Assembly: GCF_009914755.1 (NCBI RefSeq)
Contig: NC_060932.1
Origin: the human T2T-CHM13v2.0 reference genome, Homo sapiens
Reading direction: 5' to 3' (one strand)
Length of the DNA stretch: 64,000 bases
A model generated the notes under the pieces. It was not told the DNA's origin, searched no databases, and saw nothing but the letters and a program-made list of their open reading frames with translations. Positions 55,765-64,000 of the stretch are shown in pieces. Every line of letters starts with the position of its first letter. Positions within the stretch are counted from its first letter, which is position 1. A program made the position numbers and the translations under genes.

Positions 55765-56906
55765 AATCTTTGGGCTATTTCAAAGAGTTTTCTATTATTT
55801 ATACTAACATTTGATAAATGGATTAGAATCTGTTATCCAAATAATTTTCCTATTACATATTGCAGTGTTCTTAAGCTTTTTCACATAATGGCACGTATAG
55901 AAAATGATAGTAGTTGAATGCCACACTCAGGTAAAAAGAGAAGGCTGCCCACTGCCACGGGACACCACCAGTCCTGGGTGTCCTGACCTTCCCCAAGGAC
56001 TTATAACCTGTACTCATCCTTGACTCACCAACTGGGAAGCTCTGATTAGCACATGAACAAAATATTTATTTTTCTAATGATGAAGAATTTTTATTTGAGA
56101 AGAAATGTTTTCAAGATGGAACACATTATTGTTCAGAATATAATTATGTTTGTCCAATTCTGAACAGCTCGTTGTCTGGTCTTTAAATCCTTACTTAAAA
56201 TAAGCATCTTGAGAACTTAGCCACTTTCTACTTTTTATTCTTTCCTAGAATAAGTCACAGTCAAAATAGTGGTTAGTAACTATATCCAACTACGGCACAG
56301 GCCATAGGGAACTGCTGTTACCTGCACTAGACTCAGTTGCGATGAAAATGCGCTTGATGGGGATTATCTCCAAGTGCATTCCCAGAAAGGACGACCAATG
56401 AGTGTCTTCAGCTCTGCAGACACCAAGGAAATGTTTGTGAAGATGATACATTGAGGGGCAGTCACCATCTTCACAGTCCTCCACAGGAGCTCTGGGAAAG
56501 CAACCATCTCGTTGTCCCCCATCCACGAGGAGGGGATGCTGTGGAGATCATGGTAGTTCTTCATTGATTCTAGTATCTCTTTCATTGTCAGGAAACCTAA
56601 CACAAAAGAGTCTGCTTAAAATGAAATTAAATGGACATCACTTCATCAGAGCTAAAAAGAATGGTAACGTTGTCAAGGCAAAAGCACATCTGCTAGCATA
56701 GGTGGAGGTGATAAGCTCCATCGCCTGAGTTTCTTACCTGATGTTTTGTGAGACTGTGCATAGTAATCGTGTATTTTTTAATTGTTACCCACTTTCAAAT
56801 TGATACCTAGTTTTATTCCACTATTTGTAGGTAACTGTATGAAAGGATTTTGTGTATAATCATTTGGTGTAACTAATTGAAGGGAAGCTGCATAAGAAAG
56901 GAGTTC

Positions 56907-57026
56907 CTAATGCTAGATGACGAGTTAGTGGGTGCAGCGCACCAGCATGGCACATGTATACATATGTAACTAACCTGCACAATGTACACATGTACCCTAA
57001 AACTTAAAGTATAATAAAAAAAAAAA
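56907..57026 (+). mobile_element. Young L1 (L1PA2-like) 3'-end stub
   Basis: ctaatgctagatgacgagttagtgggtgcagcgcaccagcatggcacatg..cttaaagtataataaa(A)n; perfect TSD aagaaaggagttc at 56894 and 57027. Confidence 0.93.
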
Positions 57027-58429
57027 AAGAAAGGAGTTCTTTCCTTTTTTCGAATAAGTTTATTTTGAAATTAATAAGTTAAAAAGGCTTTAACTTTTAA
57101 AATATTTGGTTAAGCAGTCAAGATTTAATTTAATGTCGTAATAAAGGATATGAAAAAACTGGGAGACACGATATCAATACAGCTCAACTACTGCAGTAAC
57201 TCTTTCCTGAATATGTGATGGGACTTAAAAAAAAAAGTTCTTGCATACAGTAATCCAGGACTTGGGTATGTCAGCGATTGTGGCCCAGGCTATCCACAAG
57301 TGTGGTGATACTTTAGAAAAAAATTGATTGATTGATCCTTACTGTTTATGAATTTACTGAGTCTGAAGATGATGGTCGTCCATGAAACTTCCTCAGAGAC
57401 TTTATTCAAAGGGAAGAGAAGGAGGAATACAAGCATATTGAACTCCTTCACCTACTTTCAAAGAGCTTCATTAACAGATATGACTTGGTAGATATTAAGA
57501 AAATTAGCATGTTCTTACCTCATTCATCTAGTATTTACTGAGCGTATACTCTGCTTGGCAACCGAGACTTGTCAGATTCCAAATTAAGTCAGAATATTGC
57601 TTTCTCAACTACTGGGATGTATAATTACTTTCTGAAATAGTTTTGTTAGCTGTGCTGTGTACCAAATGGCCAAAGTAGAAAATAATAGGGTTCTTAAGAT
57701 TAATATCTCACTATTGTTAAGACTGGCCATTGTAAAACAGCTCTTCTGTATTGCATATATGAAAATAGGAAGACAGGGTATAACTGCATGAGGAAAGCTG
57801 GGGAAAGAGTTCGTAAACAGGAAGAATTAATTAAAGAAATACCTAACTTGGTTCAAAGAGACAAATTTATAAATAGCATCTGATTAAAAAAAAGTGATTG
57901 TGGTATTTACAACCAAGCTGACCTCTTTGCTAGTTGGAAATTTTTGCAGAACAAAATAGTTTTTCATATGCTGTTGCATGTAGAACTTCTTTTGTCTCTA
58001 TGAAGTGAGTCATGCAGGAAGCAGATGGAGAGATGAGAGCACTGTTGATGTAGAGAGCAGAAAGAAGCATGCATGTTTCATCTGCGTCTAGGGATTCTAG
58101 GAAAAAAACTTAACTGGTGGGGATAAAAGCATTGAGACTTGGGGGACTTAAAAAGCCGTGATACTAAAATACTGACCTATAACCCCAGGAAGAAACAAAA
58201 TGGCAAGACACATTTAAGGACCCTGTAGAGTTCTGGAGAGGACTGTCCATGGATCTGTCTACCTGACACAGAAATCGTGTTCTAATACCTCTGTTTTCAT
58301 GCCTGATTCCTATACTTTGCATAGGGTAGATGAGTAGGAGTAGAACAATGGGTGTCTAGTGAGAGGCTCTGGTTTTAAGAAAGTGTTTTTGTTACAATTT
58401 GGTTAGTGGCTTTCCTTGTGTTACCTCAG

Positions 58430-58573
58430 GAACACAAAGTGCTGCTGACGGGAACCCCACTCCAGAACACTGTGGAAGAACTCTTCAGCTTGCTTCATTT
58501 CTTGGAACCAAGTCGCTTCCCTTCAGAAACCACATTTATGCAAGAATTTGGTGATCTAAAAACAGAAGAGCAG
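58430..58573 (+). CDS. CHD7: CHD7 exon 14 (motif III)
   Basis: acctcag|GAACAC ... GAGCAG|gtattt; 144 nt; [48 protein letters not shown]. Confidence 0.97.
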
Positions 58574-59084
58574 GTATTTATCAGCTCCACTTTGTATTTC
58601 AGTTATAAAATTGAAGATTAGCCCATGAAATGGCAAAGTATTAAGTTATTTTAAAGTGTGATTATATTACAGTTTTTCCCACCTAGTACACAGAACCTTA
58701 GATACCCTTTCCTTGGACTTTCCAGGTCATCATCATAAAGGTTTTCTTCTTTATTTGTTTGTCTTTTTGCTCTTGTGAAGGGCTGTTGAGATTTATAGAG
58801 AGGTTACATACCTGTTGATGTAATTTTCAGAGATAGCTGTGCTGTGCAGGTTGGTAGTTTTGCTAGGTATGTGTAATTTTGGGGATGATGTCAGACGCCA
58901 CTGACGTTGGTAGACCTGTTTGCCTGCTGCAGTTTTGAGTCTCTGTTCTTTGTGAAGCATCTGTACTCAGCCACACCGCTTACTTCTTCAAGCCTACATA
59001 TTTTCACTTTAGAAACTTAGGGCATAACCACTGCACAGTATTTCTGTGAGAAGTAAATGAAGCATTGTGTATAAAAAGTGCTCG

Positions 59085-59390
<306 letters not shown>

Positions 59391-60088
59391 AGTGCTTGGC
59401 TATTTTATATGCTGTAAGAGTTATGTGGGCATTAGTTATAATTTGTGTGCTGTATTTGAAATAAATAACGGAGATAGACTTGAAATCTTGGTTTTTACGT
59501 GCCCCCTCCGCTGACTTACTGTCTAAAACCTGTTAGCTCAGTTCAGGGTAAGGTCTGTTTTGTTTTTCTTTTCTAAAATAAAAACTGTATGGATTACTCA
59601 GTTCTATTGCCAATCAATAGAAAAGAGAACCAGGGAGAGACGTCTCTGCTGGCTCCTTAGTGCAGGGACTAGATTGCTCCTGGCTCACTTCCTCTCATTC
59701 TTTAGCTCTCCCTAGAAAGGAAGAGAATAGAAACAGAGCATTGCCATGACATTGTCTTGTCCCTCTTCTCTATCTTCCCTATGGCTTAGGACAAACAGAA
59801 GGGAAAGCTACATGAATCAGTTGGATTTCTCCTGCTGGGTACTTTTCAAGCCTTCTGGCTGTTCAGGGCTCCTGGATGGGTGAAATAGTTCATTTGACAT
59901 AAAATTATGCAACCTTCATGCACTGCTCTTATGAAAGCTGAGAGATGAGCTCCTTCATACTCTCACTGGGCTTTGAAAAATGAAAATGGATGTTTAATGA
60001 ATGAGATAATCCTGATGTTTCATGTTAAAATATGTTTTAACTTGCAAGCAAATCATGACACTAGTATTTACTTAAGGTCCTTTTTTAG

Positions 60089-60344
60089 GTGCAAAAACTT
60101 CAAGCTATTCTAAAGCCAATGATGTTGAGACGTCTCAAAGAGGATGTAGAAAAGAACTTGGCCCCCAAAGAAGAAACTATTATTGAAGTTGAGCTAACAA
60201 ACATTCAGAAGAAATATTACCGAGCCATCCTTGAGAAGAATTTCACATTTCTTTCCAAAGGCGGTGGTCAAGCTAACGTACCTAACCTATTAAACACTAT
60301 GATGGAATTGCGGAAGTGCTGCAATCATCCGTACCTTATCAATG
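60089..60344 (+). CDS. CHD7: CHD7 exon 15 (inter-lobe region of SNF2 ATPase)
   Basis: ttttttag|GTGCAA ... TCAATG|gtaagg; 256 nt; [37 protein letters not shown]...[14 protein letters not shown](G). Confidence 0.97.
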
Positions 60345-61019
60345 GTAAGGCTGCCCTGCTCGCGAACTTGCTTAAGTGACGATTGAAGCACCAGAAATCC
60401 CTTTCTGCCCCCAGACTGGGGATTTCATGGTGTATAGTCATTCCTGTCTCCTGTCCACTCAGCATGGGTTTCACCAGCTTCCCACTTTCTGTGATGCCTC
60501 CTTCTGTGGTTGCTGAAGGTGAGTGACCATTGCCCCAGCAATCCCTGAAGTGGAATCTCACCTTGCCTTTCTCCTGACCTCCCTGTGCTTGAAAAGAGGC
60601 GTTAGTGTTCCAGGGCTAGAAGTCATCTGAAGTGCTAACAGCCAAAGAGAAATGAGCCCCTAATGGAGGTTTTCTTGGGGTGTGTGTATTTAAATCAGAG
60701 ATGTTAAAGAGGAACTTAGGTGTGAGCAGACAGCTATCAGCTGTCTCAAGCCTTTGATAGCAAATGTCCTCATCTTCCTCTCAGTCCAGAGTCATCTAGC
60801 ACCTCTATCCTCTGAGAACAAAAAAATTAACTTAAAGCTTTGATAATTTATGGCCCTCCTCTTTTCTTAACTAAATTCATAGTGTTATGTAACTCATGGC
60901 TTAAAACCTTTATTATGTATTTTTGGAAATCATTAAGGTAATAAATATTTCATGCTTATGTTGTATAAGATACTCTGGAGAATGCAAAGGTAAATAAGAA
61001 GGGAGCATTCGCCACAAGC

Positions 61020-61520
61020 AGTCTTCAGTTAGCTGAGGGATTGAGATTGGGGGAGTCTTTAGAAGGAGATGGTCTTTTTAGGCAAGTCTGCAGGGGTAGA
61101 AAGGATTTTGCGAGGCAGAGTTAGAAAAAGAAAAGATGTTTAGGCTGAAGTAACGATACAAGCAAAGAGAGGGGGTCAGGAAAACAATGAGGAACTTTCC
61201 CAAAGTAAAAGGCACACATAAGAAATGCACCTTAGACATGCTTGGATCCTGCTGCAGAATTCCTTAAAGGCTAGTGCATGGAACCTCCACTCTACTCTGC
61301 AGGCAGTGAAGAACCATGACTAGTGTTTGAGCTGAGCATTGATTAGAAATATGATTCAGGGTGATGCGTCAGGCAACACTGCATAAAAAGGATGGGAGGA
61401 GGAAAGACAGACAAGCAGAAGAACCAGCTCAGAGGCTATTGTATTCTGGGTAGAAGTTAATGTGGGTTAAAGAAAGGTGGTGGCAGGCTAATTTGGGAGA
61501 CTTGTACACGATGATAGTTG
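61020..61520 (-). mobile_element. L2 fragment
   Basis: 'ctctactctgcaggcagtgaagaaccatgactagtgtttgagc...agaggctattgta' resembles antisense L2; boundaries approximate. Confidence 0.5.
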
Positions 61521-61777
61521 GCCAGCAGTGCAATTAGATTCCTTTCCAAGGAAAAGGGAGCACAACCTGGTCTGTCTTTATCACAGTTTATGTTCAAGGA
61601 CAGCTAATTTAAAGAATTTCTAATCTTTCCCCTTTTAATAACGTGTAACTCATCGGCCACCCTAGATTCAGAAGTCTCCGTTACTAATGGACAGAGTAGT
61701 CCACTCCTGGAAGATAGTCTTAGAGTGTTGCACCTGGGATCATTGGTGTGATGCGACGAATCAGTGAATTTCTTTTT

Positions 61778-62091
61778 TATATATATATACACAGTTTTTT
61801 TTTCTTGAGATAGGTTCTCACTCTGGCGCCCAGGCTGTAGTGCGGTGGCACGATCTCGGCTCACTGCAGCCTCGACCTCCCAGGCTCAAGCATCCCTCCC
61901 ACCTCAGCCTCCTGAGTAGCTGGGACTACAGGCATGCGCCACAACGCCCAGCTAATTTTTTTTGTATTTTTTGTAGAGACGGGGTTTCTCCATGTTGCCC
62001 AGGCTGGTATCGAACTCCTGAGCTCAAGTGATCTGCCTACCTCAGCCTCCCAAAGTGCTGGGATTACAGGTGTGAGCCACTGCACCTGGCC
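61778..62091 (-). mobile_element. AluJ with (TA)n in its tail
   Basis: cactgcagcctcgacctcccaggctcaagc; TSD agtgaatttcttttt at about 61763 and 62092. Confidence 0.93.
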
Positions 62092-64000
62092 AGTGAATTT
62101 CTTTTTGTGCTTTTAGTTTTGTCTTCTAAAGAGAGTATCATGTGTGATGATTATGTATCTGATACTGCCAATCTGCTAATCACAGTATGTTTAGAAGCTT
62201 GTGCAGCCGTTACGGTGAGTGTTAACTAGCCAGGTCTTGAGTTGGCGAGACAGAGCTTAGGGCAACTGATGGAGCGAGATGAGGACACGTGTGTGCATGC
62301 ACTGTGCACATACATGTGTTTGCATTTAATAGCTGGTACAAAAGAAAATAAATAATAGCCTCCAAGGGGAAAGAAAAGAAAAGGAGATACAAAAGGGTTT
62401 GAATGCTACCAGCAGGATGTGTGTGAAAGGGGAGATCTCAGCAATGGTAGTTAGATTGACACCCCCAGTTCCATCAAGTTTACCCTGTTTGGTCATATGT
62501 TAATTATATGCATTGAACATTGTGGGTTGTTTTCCCCCAAAACACAGCTGGTGTGTCTCTTCCTTTGATGATTGCTTTCCAGGGTCATCCTGTATAGCAT
62601 ATTTGTTCGCGAGGAGCCTCTTAGGACTCCCTAAGGCTTGGCAGATGTGGCAGTTGTCCTAATTGGTCACACCTTGAGGTCAGCTTTTCTGTCCTGACAA
62701 GAAGTGTCTGTTAAGCAGGTGTCTTTGTCCCTAAATTTGGGGAAGTTATAGTGAAAAAGTGTAGATAACATACAAACTAAGCGCACGCAGCTGCCCAGAT
62801 AACTTACGCAGACATTGTATTGTGTAGAGGTTGCTCCAGGGCCAGTACTGTTCATTCTCATCCACAGTCTGGAGTAAAAACATATATCCAGCATTTAAAA
62901 GGAAATTCTTTAATTTGGGAGATTACATTGAAATTTGAATTGGTTGTGGCAGAGTAAAGAAGCCTCAATCAACATTCAACAAAACACATTTCCAGGATTA
63001 TGAAAAATAGAAGCAATTTTATATGTATGAGTTGAAAGCTTATGTATGAGTTATTAGCTCAAGCTTTATTTCAATGGAATTTCCAATTTTTAGGTTTTGC
63101 AATGTGAAGTTAAGAATAATGTTGAAAACATGTCCAAGGTACCCTGCTGGTTAGAGCTGACTTAAGAGTTGTTGCTGGTTATTGTTTGAGGCAGGAGGCG
63201 TGTAGAGGAAGAGTGGGCAAAAAGAAAACACGAATGAGGCTTACGTGATGGAGTGAATTTCAGAGAGAAAATAGTAACTTTTTTTTTCTGGTAATCGTCA
63301 AGAACAAAATATTTTCTTGTTTGTTCGTGGCTTTTATATAGCTAGAGGACATTGCAGTTACTGTCCCGACAGTGACCATCTGTTGAAGTGAAAAGACTTC
63401 AAGCTGTAAGTGAATGCACACTTGTTTCAAGTTGTCTTTGATATACACACTTTCCAGTGTAGTGCCAGCCATACATTAATTTAGGACGGAACCAACAAAG
63501 TGTTTTGGGTTGGCATGACCTATTTCCAGTTAATTTTTGGATTGATGTTTACAAATTGGGTATCAAACATTAATTTGTAATCTTGAAAATTTAGCTGTGA
63601 TATCACAAGGGAGCAGTTGCTTTCCTCCCCAACACTCTTCCCACCCTCTTTCCTTCAATGTTGCCACAATAAAATGTCAAGACAATCATATAGGAAAGGT
63701 GTTTGCTGATACTGTTTTTAAATGAAATATTATTAGTACAAACTGGCTGCCAGTTGTAAGAACCTGAATTCATAACAGAGAGCTGAATTAATTAATTCAG
63801 AAGTAGCTTTTGTCAGGTAAGAAAGAATGCATTTTTTTTCTGACTATTCTTTTTGATAGTATAAAAAAGGCAAAAATTATTTTTTTAATCTCTGAATAAA
63901 TTTAAAATTAAAATTCTCTGCAAATTTGACTGAATTATTTGTTAAAAAAATTTAACTGAAACCCAAATATCTGATGTTTATTTTGTCGAAATGATTATTT

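Noticed and set aside
56290-56603. Coding-like, moderately GC-rich stretch with two minus-strand ORFs (possible pseudogene fragment)
   Set aside because: No recognisable protein similarity, poly(A) tail or TSD; a BLASTX search would be needed to revive it.
63805-63825. Second AG|GT motif (cttttgtcag|gtaaga)
   Set aside because: The pyrimidine tract is short, with AG dinucleotides just upstream; consistent with chance.

Overview
Human (primate) genomic DNA lying wholly inside the CHD7 gene (chromodomain helicase DNA-binding protein 7, the CHARGE-syndrome gene), + strand. I read 13 consecutive internal coding exons, numbered 3-15 by recall of the canonical transcript. All have AG/GT boundaries and splice into one stop-free frame of 2113 nt: Lys/Pro-rich region, two chromodomains, and SNF2 ATPase motifs Q, I, Ia, II and III. 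The rest is intron, containing Alu, L1, L2, MIR, MLT1, three Tigger4a/MER46 copies, MER1B and simple repeats. Repeat subfamily names come from recalled consensus sequences, and boundaries of old repeats are approximate. I see no prokaryotic-type system, CRISPR array, RNA gene or second protein-coding gene, and I cannot support a new biological system. The best leads are unverified splicing or 3'-end controls on a dosage-sensitive gene: a 56-nt poison-exon candidate in intron 15, an AG|GT recursive-splice-like site behind a CT microsatellite in intron 7, and a young sense L1 poly(A) stub in intron 13. Several local duplications are also present.
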